The notes beneath the pieces were generated by a model, which saw only the letters and a program-made list of their open reading frames with translations, did no database searches and was not told the DNA's origin. The position numbers were made by a program, and so were the translations under genes. Positions 12,827 through 24,539 of a DNA stretch of 64,000 nt are shown piece by piece. Position 1 is the stretch's first letter, and each line of letters begins with the position of its first letter. Location of the stretch: contig NC_082730.1 in the NCBI RefSeq assembly GCF_030144855.1, forward strand, positions 3,906,001 to 3,970,000, written 5' to 3'. This DNA comes from Hypanus sabinus (Eukaryota).

Positions 12827-14950
12827 AATATTAACCAAAACTACTTTTTGGTTATAAAGTAAACCAGTAATTAATAGCAATCTACCATATGGGTCTGAGA
12901 TTGTCTCATAATGAACAAATGAGATCGATGAGTCTATATAAAAAATGGATATGCCTTTCGCTTTGGTTGAAGAATTAGAATGAAACTGTTGCACTTTCCA
13001 AAACCTAAAAACTTCTGATTATTATCCTTCCTCACATGAAACTCCTGCGCAAAAATAATCAGAGCATTCGATCTATGAAAAACTTTAAAAATCTTTTTCT
13101 GTTTAATTGGGTGATTCAAACCATTCGTGTTCCATGAAACAAAGTTAATAATATTATCCATTTTCCTTAAATAAATGATATAGTATGTAAAGGATTAACC
13201 ATATTGCATTGGAAACTTATGAATCAGGAAGAGGGAAAAAAGTTTAAAGAGGAACCAGAAGTTACGACAATACAGACATTTTTGTAGTTTCAAATCAGCC
13301 CAAGTGAAAAATACTGAAATAAAAATAGCTCCCCCCTACTGTGACAAAGACCCGAAACCTGGCCAATAGAAAGCCAGGGAACTACCTAAGAAGCTCCTTA
13401 CCTCCATCTCTCTTGATGGCAAATCTCCAGATTTTAAAAAAAAAACACCCATAGTCAAAACATTGCAAAAGGAATGCCAAACACAAGTTAAGAAAAAAAA
13501 AAACCAGCCATTTGCAGACCATTTCAAAAGACAAGGTCTTAAAAAATGAAGTAGAATACAATCTTAATAATATTTCAAGAAAAAACAAATGATCATCAAG
13601 CCAGAGTCTTAATAACTTTCTAAAGAGAACAATTAAAAATAAAAAAAGAAAATAATAAAGGAAAAAGAAAGGAACTTTAACATAGAAACATTATAAACCT
13701 CCGTATGCCAAAGCAAGGTACTAGAAGAATCAGCACAAGGGCAAAGTTCTACAAACTTAAAATGTTCGAATCTATAGACTAGTTATTAACTAATAAACAA
13801 GCTATATACAAACATAAAGGAACGGTAAATGTATTAAACATCTGAGCTCAAACAATGCTCCTCGAGAAATTGTTGTGTGTCATCTATGGATTTAAATCAC
13901 TTAAACAATTTATCAGGCAGAACAACCCTTAAATGAATGGGGTATAGCAGAGCCGGTCGGAAATTCCTTTGATATAATTCTGACATCACCGATTTGAAAG
14001 TCAAGCTTTCTTGCATTGCCTCAGGACAATAATCTTTAACCAGATGAAACTTATGATTTTGATGTAAAATAATTCCTTTCTGACGAGTAATTCAAATTAA
14101 GCGCTCTTTAGTACTCACATAGTGAAATCGAAGAATCACAGGGCACGGTTTTAACTCTTTCAACAGTTTTGGTCTTAAATCCCGATGGTTATGGTCGAGT
14201 ACCAGAGAAGAAGTAAAGACCACCGAGCCAAAGGCCTCCATTAAGAACTGAGAAAAAATTTTAGTAAGGTCCCTGCTCTCAACGTCTTCACTGAGTCCTA
14301 TTATTCACAAGTTCTGTCTGCGACTACGACTCTCCAAATCAATAACCTTGACTTTATACTGCTCCAATGTATGAGCAGCTGAGGTTAGTTTCTTTTCCAA
14401 AGAATTCAGTCTGGAATCTCTGTTTTCCAGCTTCACTAAGCTCTGAAATTTGATGTTGCTGTTTTTCGTTCTCCTTTTTGAGTACTGCCAGTTTACCTTC
14501 ATTCTCCTTTAACATTACTTTCAAAGCACAGAATCTCTTATCAAGTTTTTCATCCAAAAGATTGGAGACAGCCAGCAAAGTGAGTTGAGGCTGTTTAGGT
14601 TGTTCGAAGACACCTTCTTTCTTCCCATTTCCATTACCTTGCCTTGGGCTAATGCCTTTCTTCCTTAGTAGTCATTTACGGCGATTAACATTCAGAATTC
14701 AAACATATAAAGCCGTTAAAAACACTTTGATATAGATAATAAAATGGTGGTAAGGAAATTGAAAAATGACCGGAGCAGAGCCAAAATGTGACCTAGTCCA
14801 TCTAGCGCCACCAATAGAATCCAGAATGAGTCATAAGTCTGAGGATTGAGATTGATTACGAACACAGCAAAGGGTAACAGAAATATTGTTGAAGAAAGCA
14901 AAAATGGAAAATTGAAGGATATTAAGAACAGACTGTGAGAGCCAAAATCA

Positions 14951-17900
14951 GGAAATGAAACAAACATAGCAGCAGGTACAACTGTAGTTCCCTTACAGAC
15001 AGAGGTTGGTCTTTGCATTGGGGAATAAGGACCAACGACATAGGCAGGAAGAGGGATGAGGTCCTGAAGTGTGAGTTTCGGGAACTAGGCAGAAGGCTGA
15101 AGAACAGGACCTCAAGGGTGGTGTTCTCAGGATAGCTGCCAGTGCTGCGTGATAGTGATGGTAAGAATTGGAGGAGATGGCAGTTGAATGTGTGGCTGAG
15201 GAGTTGGTGCAGGGGGCAGGGTTTTACCTTTTTGGATCATTGGGATCTCTTCTGGGGAAGGTGGGACCTGCAGAGATTGGATGGGTTGCACGTGAACTCA
15301 AGGGGGAGCAATATCCTTGCAGGTAGGTTTGCTTGCATGGTTCAGGAGGGTTTAAACTAATTTGCAAGGGGGCTGGGACCCGCAGCGATAGAGCAGTGAA
15401 AGAAGTGCATGGAGCAACACCAGATCTAGCATATAGAGAGGATTTGAGGACAGAGAAACAGAAGAAAGGGTGTAAAGGTAGTAAGGTAGAAGGGCTAAAG
15501 TGTGTACTTCAATGCCAGAAACATCAGGAACAAAGGTGATGAACTGAGAGCTTGGGTACATACAATAGTGGTCATTACGGAGACTTGGCTGGCACCAGGG
15601 CAGGAATGGATTCTCAAAATTCCTGGATCTCAGTGCTTTAAAAGGGACAGAGAGGGGGGGAAAGGGGAGAAGGGGTGGCATTACTGGTCAGGGTTACTAT
15701 TACAGCTGCAGAAAGGGTGGGTAATGTAGCAGGATCTTCTTTTGAGTCAGTATGGGTGTAAGTCAGAACAGGAAGGGAGCAGTTTGTCACAGTATGTTGA
15801 CAAGTCGACTAGGGGGAATTCCATACTAGATCTAGTATTTGGTATCGAACCGGGTCAGGTCACTGATCTCTCAGTGGGTGAGCATCTGGGGGAGAGTGAT
15901 CACCGCTCGCTGGCCTTTAGTACTATCATGGAAAAGGATAGAATCAGAGAAGACAGGAAAATTTTTAAGTGGGAAAGGGCAAATTATGAGGATATAAGGC
16001 TAGAGGTTGCGGGTGTGAATGAGATGATGTTTTTGCAGGGAAATTTACTATGGACATGGTCGATGCTTAAGGATCTCTTGCAGGAAATTAGGGAAAAATT
16101 TGTCCCAATGAGGAAGATAAAGATTGGTAGGGTGAAGGAACCATGGGTGACAAGTGAAGTGGAATATCTAGTTAGGTGGAAGAAGGCAGCATACATGAGG
16201 TTTAGGAAGCAAGGATCAGATGGGTCTATTGAGGAATATATGGTAGCAAGAAAGGAGCTTAAGAAGGGGGCATGAGAAGTCCTTGGCGAGTAGGGTAAAG
16301 GAAAACCCCAAGGCATTCTTCAATTATGTGAAGAAGAAAAGGATGACAGGAGTGAAGGTAGGGCTGATTAGAGATAAAAGTGGGAAGATGTGCCTGGAGG
16401 CTGTGGAAGTGAGCGAGGTCCTCAATGAATACTTCTCTTTGGTATTCACCACTGAGAGGGAACTTGATGACGGTGAGGACAATATGAGTGAGGTTGATGT
16501 TCTGGAGCATGTTGATATTAAGGGAGAGGAGGTGTTGGAGTTGTTAAAATACATTTTGACGGATAAGTCCCCGGGGTCTGACGGAATATTCCCCAGGCTG
16601 CTCCACGAGACAGGGGAAGAGATTGCTGAACCGCTGGCTAGGATTTTGATGTCCTGGTTGTCCACGGAAATGGTACTGGAGGACTGGATGGAGGCGAATG
16701 TTGTCCCTTTGTTCAAAAAAGGTAGTAGGGATAGTCCAGGTAATTATAGACCAGTGAGCCTTATGTCTGTAGTGGGAAAGCTGTTGGAAAAGATTCTTAG
16801 AGATAGGATTTATGGGCATTTAGAGAATCATGGTCTAATCAGGGACAGTCAACATGGCTTTGTGAAGGGCAGATTGTGCCTAACAAGCCTGATAGATTTC
16901 TTTGAGGAGTTCACCAGGCATATAGATGAGGGTAGAACAGTGCATGTGATCTACATGGATTTTAGTAAGGCATTTGACAAGGTTCCACATGGTAGGCTTA
17001 TTCAGAAAGTCAGAAGGCATGGGTCCAGGGAAGTTTGGCCAGGTGGATTCAGAATTGGCTTGCCTGCAGAAGGCAGAGTGTTGTGGTGGAGGGAGTACTT
17101 TAGGATTGGAGGGGTGTGACTAGTGGTGTCCCATAAGGATCTGTTCTGGGACCTCTACTTTTTGTGATTGTTATTGACGACCTGGATGTGTGGGTAGAGG
17201 GTGGGTTGGAAAGTTTGCAGATGACACAAAGGTTGGTGGTGTTGTAGATAGGGTAGAGGATTGTCGAAGATTGCAGAGACACATTGATAGGATGCAGAAG
17301 TGGGCTGACAATTGGCAGATGGAGTTCAATCCGGAGAAGTGTGAGGCGGTACACTTTGGAAGGACTAACTCCAAGGCATAGTACAAAGTAAATGGCAGGA
17401 TACTTGGTAGTGTGGAGGAGCAGAGGGATCTAGTGGTACATGTCCACAGGACCCTGAAAGTTGCTTCACAGGAGATAGAGTAGTTAAGATAGCTTATGGG
17501 GTGTTAGCTTTCATAAGTCAAGGAATAGAGTTTAAGAGACGCGAAGTAATGTTGCAACTCTATAAAACTCTAGTTAGGCCACACTTGGAGTACTGTGTCC
17601 AGTTCTGGTCGCCTCACTATAGGAAGGATGTGGAAGCATTGGAAAGGGTATAGAGGAGATTTACCAGGATGCTGCCTGGTTTAGAGAGTATGGATTATGA
17701 TCAAAAACTAAGGGAACTAGGGCTTTACTCTTTGTAGAGAAGGAAGATGAGAGGAGACATGATAGAGGTGTACAAGATATTAAGAGGAATAGACAAGGTG
17801 GACATCCACCGCCTCTTCCCCAGGGCAGTGCTGCTAAGTACAAGAGGACATGGCTTTAAGATAAGGGGAGGGAAGTTCAAGGGGGATATTAGAGGAAGGT

Positions 17901-18290
17901 TTTTCACTCAGTGAGTGGTTGGTGCGTGGAATGCACTGCCTGTGTCAGTGGTGGAGGCAGATACACTAGTGAAGTTTAAGAGACTACTAGACAGGTATAT
18001 GGAGGAATTGAAGGTCTTGGGTTATATGGGAGGCAGGGTTTGAGGGTTGGCACAACATTGTGGGCTGAAGGGCCTGCAATGTTCTGTACTATTCAATGAG
18101 CTGTAGAGGAAATAAACCGTGGCTTTTTGTGTGTCTTTGTGGAGGACACAAAAACCTGTCAGAAATACAGGATAGACAAGTGTTGAATACAAGTGTAGAA
18201 ATAAAATCAGTCAGCATCAATGATGAAATAACATCATGAAAATGGATAACTGACACAGTCCTGTTGATCTCCATCCTGGAGTATGTGCCA
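14951..18290 (+). pseudogene. Probable relic Ig V-set exon (14951-15028 + ~18098-18290), split by a CR1
   Basis: The uninterrupted paralog at 44281-44550 reads GNETNIAAGTTVVPLQTEVGLCSGE*RNSGGNKPWLL...PEIQDRQVLNASVEIKSVSINDE. The E-strand aligns with NVSLEIHDLRRNDS of the live V exon. Confidence 0.38.
15031..18090 (+). mobile_element. 5'-truncated CR1 LINE (SGNH-esterase ORF1 end, EN, RT, 3' UTR), copy-1-specific
   Basis: WLRSWCRGQGFTFLDHWDLFWGRWDL..DGLH (ORF1), YFNARNIRNK (EN), ORF 16283-17119 with DSQHGFVKGR and YMDFSKAFDKVPH, FADDTK at 17215. Absent at the paralogous site ~44360. Confidence 0.92.
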
Positions 18291-18534
18291 AGATGTCAGT
18301 AGTGTTACTCAACTTTCCGGTTATCATCAGCCAAACTCTACAGTTTCAGGAATGGTTCCTTCAGCCTGTTTCAAAAAGGAGGGAGAGACTCTGGGAGTGG
18401 GGGCAATGTTGGAATCTGTAATAATGGGTGTGAAATGCATGCTGAAGAGGAATTATCACAAAAATTCAACAGACTGGTTTCTGATGTTGTGGGTCTGACA
18501 TGTCACTAGCGTAGGAAATAGACTAGGCCTCTAT

Positions 18535-18960
18535 TCAAATAGTTCAAAATAAGTTTTATTATCAAAGTGCATATCTGTCACCACATACAACCCTGAGATA
18601 TTTTCTCTTCAGGTATACTTAGCAGATCTATAGAACAGTAACTGTAAATAGGATCAATGGACAACAAACTGTGCAAATGGAAATATGAATGAATAGCAAT
18701 AAACAACCTGTTCTTGGACCTGGTGGTGCAAGTCCTGAGGCACTTGTACCTTCTACCTGATGATAGCAGTGAGAAAGAACTTGGCCTGGGTGGTGAGGAT
18801 TTTTGATTATGTCGATGATTAATGCAGATGCTTTCAGTGGCTGGGGGGGATTTTATCCCCGATGTACTGGACTGAATTTGCTAAATTTTGTAGGACTTTC
18901 ACTCAAATACATGTTTCCCATACCAGGCCATAATGAAACCAGCCAGCATACTGTGGGAAA
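18535..18960 (-). mobile_element. Old Rex1/L2-like LINE 3' fragments (paralog at ~44835-45265)
   Basis: ttcaaaataagttttattatcaaagtgcatatctgtcaccacatacaaccctgag tail and RT C-terminal remnants. Present in both copies. Confidence 0.55.
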
Positions 18961-19574
18961 ACATTGGGATTCTCCCGTGAGAAATACTTTTTTCATTGAT
19001 TGTTTTCTAGATATTAAAAAGATCAAGGAAATGGGGAGAAAAAGTTTTAGCCAGGATCAGTTGAATACGTTGTGTGGTTCAATGGTAGCACATCCGCTTC
19101 CTGATCCTGCTCGTCATGTTGACACGAGCTCGGCAAAGTGTTCGTGAACCCGGATCACACAATGGAACAACAGAGCAGCGAGTGTGAGTGTTTGCATGTG
19201 TGTGTGAGTGTGTGCGTGGGTGTGAGTGCACGCATGTGAGTAAGCATTGTAATTGTGTGAGAGAGAGAGAGAGAAAGAACGTATCACACAATGGGAAACT
19301 TGAGTAAGTTGTATGTGTCACAACTATGAGTTGCTTTTAAAAAAGAGAGGGATTTTTTCAGTTCTATGTGGATTGTATTTTCCCAGTGTCACCTCATGGG
19401 CATGTAGTGCTCCTTCGATTGTGAACTTTTCATGTCTAATTGTTTGTCTTTGCACAAAGTGGGTTTTCAGTTTGTGTTGTAAGTGTCTCATTTGGGATCA
19501 CAAGGATTGTAAAACTCTCTTTGTATTGATCACTTTTATTCAATTTGGTTTGACGTGCTTTCTCGATCACTATG

Positions 19575-19790
19575 TGAGTTGAACAGAGCAGGAGACTGTG
19601 CTGTTGATAAGGATGCCTACTTCAAATCTGTCAACCATCTTTACAGTAGCTGTTTCGATCAGGACAGGGTTGTGTACACACTCACACTTCCTTGGGTCAA
19701 CAATTAGATCTTCTGTCTTGATTATGTTGAGGTCTGTGTTGTTCTGACACCATGACAAAAGCATCATGATCACTTTCCTGCAGAGTGAAC
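19575..19790 (-). mobile_element. Rex1-like RT fragment
   Basis: LLSWCQNNTDLNIIKTEDLIVDPRK...HNPVLIETATVKMVDRFE matches the Rex1/L2 post-RT motif WCxxNNLxLNxxKTKELIVDFRK. Confidence 0.7.
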
Positions 19791-22154
19791 TCACACATAT
19801 GACCTTCAGTAGTTTGTTTAGATTTAGACAAGTTCAGTTTGTACTCCTCCTAGTTATTGAGACCCCTCTCTGCTTCCTTGTTGCACCTCTTCAGCTATCC
19901 AGATTTCCCTGCATTGGGGTCCCCCTCCCAACCCAGTTTTATAGAATTTAAAGCTCAGTCTACCTCCCTTGTGATTGGATTCAGTCTGATCACAGTCTGT
20001 CCTAGTGGAATTGTACTCACCTTCTCCAGTACTAATACCAGTGCCACAGGAATAAAAAGATACAGCAGGGTCTGAGTAACTCCTCCCTGATTCCATTAAC
20101 CCTGCCATGATGTTTTTGTGGTTTGGGTAATAATGCAAAGATTAATACCTTTGTATTCGTGTTTGAGAATGTAACACCAGTTGCTCAGAGTCTGAGCAGA
20201 CTTTACACCTTGAGGCCATTTATTGATAACATCCTGTACCTAATAAAGTGGCCATTAAGGGCATGTTCATGGTCTTCTGCTGCAGTCACCCATCCTCTTC
20301 AAGGTTTAAAGTGTCGTGCATCATAGATGTTCTTCTCCACAGCACTGGTCAGCTTGAACCAGTCTGGCTATTCCCCCCTAGCCTCTCCAATAAACAAGGT
20401 ACTTTTGCCCAAAGAAATGCAGCTCAATGTTTTTTTAAGTTTTAATCACCACTATCTGTAACATCTAAAGATTGATGTGGCGAAAATCCCCGGAGATCAG
20501 TCGTTTCTGAGATACTCAAACCATCCCATCCGGCATCAACAATCATTCCAGGGTCAAGGACACTTAGGTCACATTTCTGATGTTTGGTCTGAACCTCATG
20601 ACAATGTCTGCATGCTTTATGCATTGAGTTGTTGCCATATGATGGCTGATTTGGTATTTGCATTAACGAGCAGATGTCCAGTTGTATCAAGTAAAGTGAC
20701 TATTGAGTGTGCTCCAGGCACAGCCCTGCAGTGGATTCAGCGACCAGCATCTCAATGTGGAGAAGCCATCGAAAGTGAGAAAGAGAGAGATACTGTAGGG
20801 AAATCGTACCTTCAAATCTCTGAGTCTACGCTAACCATCAAACACCTGTTTACACTCATCCTACATTAATGGTGTCTGGTCCAGATGGTGTACCTGGCCA
20901 AGTACTAAAAATCTGTGTGGTCCAACTAGCAGGAGTATTTAGCACTTTCTTCACTGTACAGCCGCACATGGCCAGGAAATGGGTTGGAACCAGAGAAGTC
21001 GTCCCAAACACACTCTGATACATCTGTTAAAATCTCTCCATCTCCATCATATGAGACCGGAGATAGAAGCAGTCAGCAGTTCATGACACTTTGTTGGATG
21101 AGAAACGTGTCAACATTTCAGGTCAAAAAGTCTTCATGAGAACTGTTGAGAAGAATAAAGAAGTTCATAATCTACAGGGAAAGGAGGCAAGGGGGTGTCT
21201 CTGATTAGGTGCCATGGTGATAAACTGGGTATAAGAATATCTGACCAATGGATGAATGGGAGCAGTTGGAACAGGGAGAACATGGACAAAAGGATATTGA
21301 ACACAATGTATAGCTGTAAACTTCTGAACAGGAAGCCTGTTCCGATAGGTCAGGTTGGACACCATCTCCATACCACATCCAGCTAGATTCTCTTACACCC
21401 TTCTTAAGCCAGTCACCCCTAGTAGGGCACAGGCTGCTGACAGCAGCTCACTAGAGAACTCTATGCATCTAAACAGGGAATTCTGACTCTCCAGGACAAC
21501 AGAAACCTGCCCAGAAACTGTAGTATTGGACTGTACACCCTTTTGCTCCAAGGTCTTATGAGGAGTAGCAGAATCCTCAGAGACTGACTCAAACTGCGAC
21601 TCCACACTCACCAACTGACACTGGAGGTCCAGGCAACAGGTGAGGGTCGGACAGTGCAGTGTGTACAGGAGCAGCCAGTGGAAGGAACCCCCTGGGGACG
21701 GGAGGTGCAGCCTGTGGGACATTTCCCAGAGACGGCTCAATTTGTGCTGAACCAGCTCTGTAGGAGAGCTTGGGGACCCAGATCCAGTGACAATTCAGGC
21801 TGTGTTGTAGACACCTTGAGTCCGGTCATTCAACCTGCTGACCCATGCACACCCACAGTGAGGGTATCCGAGTGTCAGACCCCAAACCTCCATGAATATG
21901 TCTGTGACCACACCCGACCACTGATATCTAGCTGTGGGCTGAAACGTCATTTCTCAGGGCTGGGTGCAGAGAGTTTTGAGCCCTGATGAAGGGTCTCAGC
22001 ATGAAACAACAGGAACTTTGTGTTGTCTGTCTCTCAGGACTGGGAGCAACATGATGGGCTGAATGTCTTCCTCCGGTGTCTTTGATTTTCCCAGGACTGA
22101 TTCCTCTTCCTATCACTGATCTCACCTATGGACTGTCTTGTCTTGTCTCCTCAG

Positions 22155-22472
22155 CTGGGACTGCGGTTCCCCCAACCACTGTGACCGGAACTCAGGGACA
22201 CTCGGTCTCCTTACATCCTGGGATCCCAGTCGGACCGGACATTCCTGAGGTTGAGTGGAGTTGGGTATGGCCCAGAAACAGGATTGTGAAGTACTCAAAT
22301 GGGAACATTATCTACAGTAATGAGCTGTACAAGAACAGGATAACGTTTCACCCTGGGAATGTCAGTCTGGAAATCCATGATCTACGGAGAAATGACTCTG
22401 GTGATTATGAGGTGATTGTTTCAAGACATTCAGGAGATGAGAATAAAACAACAGTGCGACTGGATGTGTACG
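22155..22472 (+). CDS. CD2/SLAM-like receptor copy 1, exon encoding a Cys-less V-set Ig domain
   Basis: Pyrimidine-rich acceptor ...tctcctcag, donor G|GTGAGT, 318 nt, phase 1-1. Reads GTAVPPTTVTGTQGHSVSL...EVEW...YKNRITFHPGNVSLEIHDLRRNDSGDYEV...VRLDVY. No B/F cysteines, as in CD2/SLAM/CEACAM N domains. Confidence 0.93.
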
Positions 22473-23289
22473 GTGAGTGAGACACCGCGGAGGAGCCCAA
22501 GTTTCCCAGTCCCTGAAATACCCCTAATGGATGGGTGAGGGCAGATCCTGTGTGTTTCCCTGTTTACTGAAACCCACTGACTACCCGTGTCTGGGGCTGG
22601 GGTCACGGTCCCAGTGTAGTGAGTCTGGAGGATACACCCGCCACATCCACCGAGGCGGAGTCAGGAGCCGGGACGGATCGAACCAACAATGGGGAATCTC
22701 ATGTGTCTGAGACTGAGGGAGCTCAGCATACAGGGAGAATGGACCTGGTGTGAATGGGCTGGACAGTCTGTATCTGTGGGTCACAGTTACACACTCTACC
22801 CCAGGTCAAAAGCCTGGTCTGTCATGTTCAGGGATCCTAGTTATCCCATCTGTTTCCTGGGACACTGCTTGTTAATTCCCCAGACTAAGGTCTGAGCTCA
22901 GCAAGGTGTTTATTCCTCAGCCTTCATGCTGTGCTGTGCTGAGTGAGACCCTGTGTATTCATTACACTGAATATAGCGTCCCAGTGAGTGACACAGTACA
23001 CGGACACACAGCACATTCACACACAGCAATATGGTTCCTGACTCACTCTGACAGTAATATCACATTCACAATAATCTCACTCAGCAGCGTCTGACTGTTT
23101 TTTTTGGAGCTGTTGGCTGGAGTTGATTGCAAACCAGATAATTCTGATTAACATCCAGTTTGCGTGTCTGGAGTGTGGGTGTGAAGAAGGGGGTGTGTGA
23201 AAACTATACGTAAGTCAAAGGAAGCATTGTAGATACATTATAACTATACAATTATCCTGCATTTACCACTGACCTTTAGCATATAAAAA

Positions 23290-24010
23290 TATCATGTAAT
23301 ATTGGGTCGGGAGGCCGTTTCAACAAGGCAGGGACTGGGTTTTGATAGTGAATGATCAGCCATGATCTCAGAATGGCGGTGCAGACTTGAGGGGCTGAAT
23401 GGTCTACTTCTGCACCTGTTGTCTATTGTCTGAATACGATGCCTGCTGCTTGTTCTTGTTGAATAAGACATTTCTATATCCACCAGTTTTGGTGTCTCTC
23501 CGGTGAGTTCACGTTACAACGTCCTCCATCCCAGTGTTAATGTTCACCATTAGAGGGAGGAGAACATCAGAACATGGGAAATAGAACACAAAAGATCGAA
23601 AATCTTGAACATGGGTTGAAGACAGAGACCTCCTCTGGGATCAAGTCGGGGGAAAGAGATTGAGGTTTACAAAATTACGAGGGGATAGACAGTGTAAATG
23701 CAAGCAGACTTTTTCCACTGAGATTGGTTCAGAGTAGAATTAGAGGTCATGGGTTAAGGGTGAAAGGTAAAATGTTTAAGAGGAACATAAGGGGGAACCT
23801 TCACGATGGGTGCTGAGTATGTTGTATGAACTGCCAGCAGAAGTGATGTATGTGAGTTTGATTTCAAAATTTTAATGAAATTTGGATAGGTACATGTATG
23901 GAATGGTTCTGGTGGGCTATGGTTTGGGTGCAGGTTGAGTGACAAGGCAGATTAAGAAATTGGCATAGACTAGATGGGCTGAAGGGCCTCTTTCTGTTCT
24001 GTAGTATTCT
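23290..24010 (+). mobile_element. CR1 3' end fragments in intron 2
   Basis: gatcagccatgatctcagaatggcgg and ggcatagactagatgggctgaagggcc CR1 3' UTR motifs. ~23575-24127 is absent from copy 2. Confidence 0.65.
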
Positions 24011-24539
24011 GGGACTCTATGACTCGCTGAATCAGATAGTAGTCAATGAAACCTTTCAGCCAATGAACCCGTTCTGAACATCAGCTCTATGAAAGGAGGG
24101 AGAACCGCAAGTTCTGCATCAGATCCAGCTGGAGACGGGCCCTTGTCTATACACTGGTCTCCACTGGAATAGTGTCAGAAGTCAGAATCAGTGTGTCAGA
24201 GTGGGAGCAGGATGGAGAATCAAAGTGACAGCAACTAGAACTTCTGAGTCACAATGTTGCCTGAATTGAAACGTCCCTCAAGGTGGTTCGATGACACTGG
24301 GTCTGGTTTCTCAGTGGAGAGAAGGTCACCGTGTGAACACTGAGTGAGTTCACTGAATTGGGAGTACACGTCAATCACTGTTTCATCCTTTGGTGCCCTG
24401 CATGGAGGGAAGGAAAATGGTCATGTGACACTTCCTCCTGTGGATGTCCAGAACGTGGTGTGGGACATGGAGTGGTGGGAGTTGTGGGTGTGGCAGTAGA
24501 GCAGAGCAAGGTGTTACTCAGGGAGAAACTGGTCAAAAT

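Larger units (their letters stand above)
4638..14822 (-). mobile_element. Full-length L1/Tx1-clade LINE (5' UTR, ORF1, EN-RT ORF2, A-rich tail), interrupted by nested insertions
   Basis: 10-bp TSD AGAATGAGTC at 4628-4637 and 14823-14832. ORF1 remnants ~14600-13900 (DLESRSRRQNL). APE endonuclease at 13161-12050 (VSWNTNGLNHPIKQKK; GRDFNC). RT at 7805-5300 (DRTGFIKN, RQGCPLSPLLF, LHAVDLL). T-rich tail at 4638-4660. Confidence 0.92.

Noticed and set aside
15031-15360. SGNH-esterase-like coding sequence as a host gene (also 49136-49825)
   Set aside because: It is the known ORF1 esterase domain of CR1 LINEs, embedded in CR1 elements.
18115-18156. RSS-like nonamer ACAAAAACC (18148; paralog ~44410)
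   Set aside because: There is no CACAGTG heptamer at 12 or 23 nt. The best match, AACCGTG, is 26 nt away.
22076-22154. GTG-initiated extension MSLIFPGLIPLP... as a signal peptide (also 54781)
   Set aside because: It lies in the polypyrimidine tract of a strong acceptor and has a non-ATG start, so it is intronic read-through.
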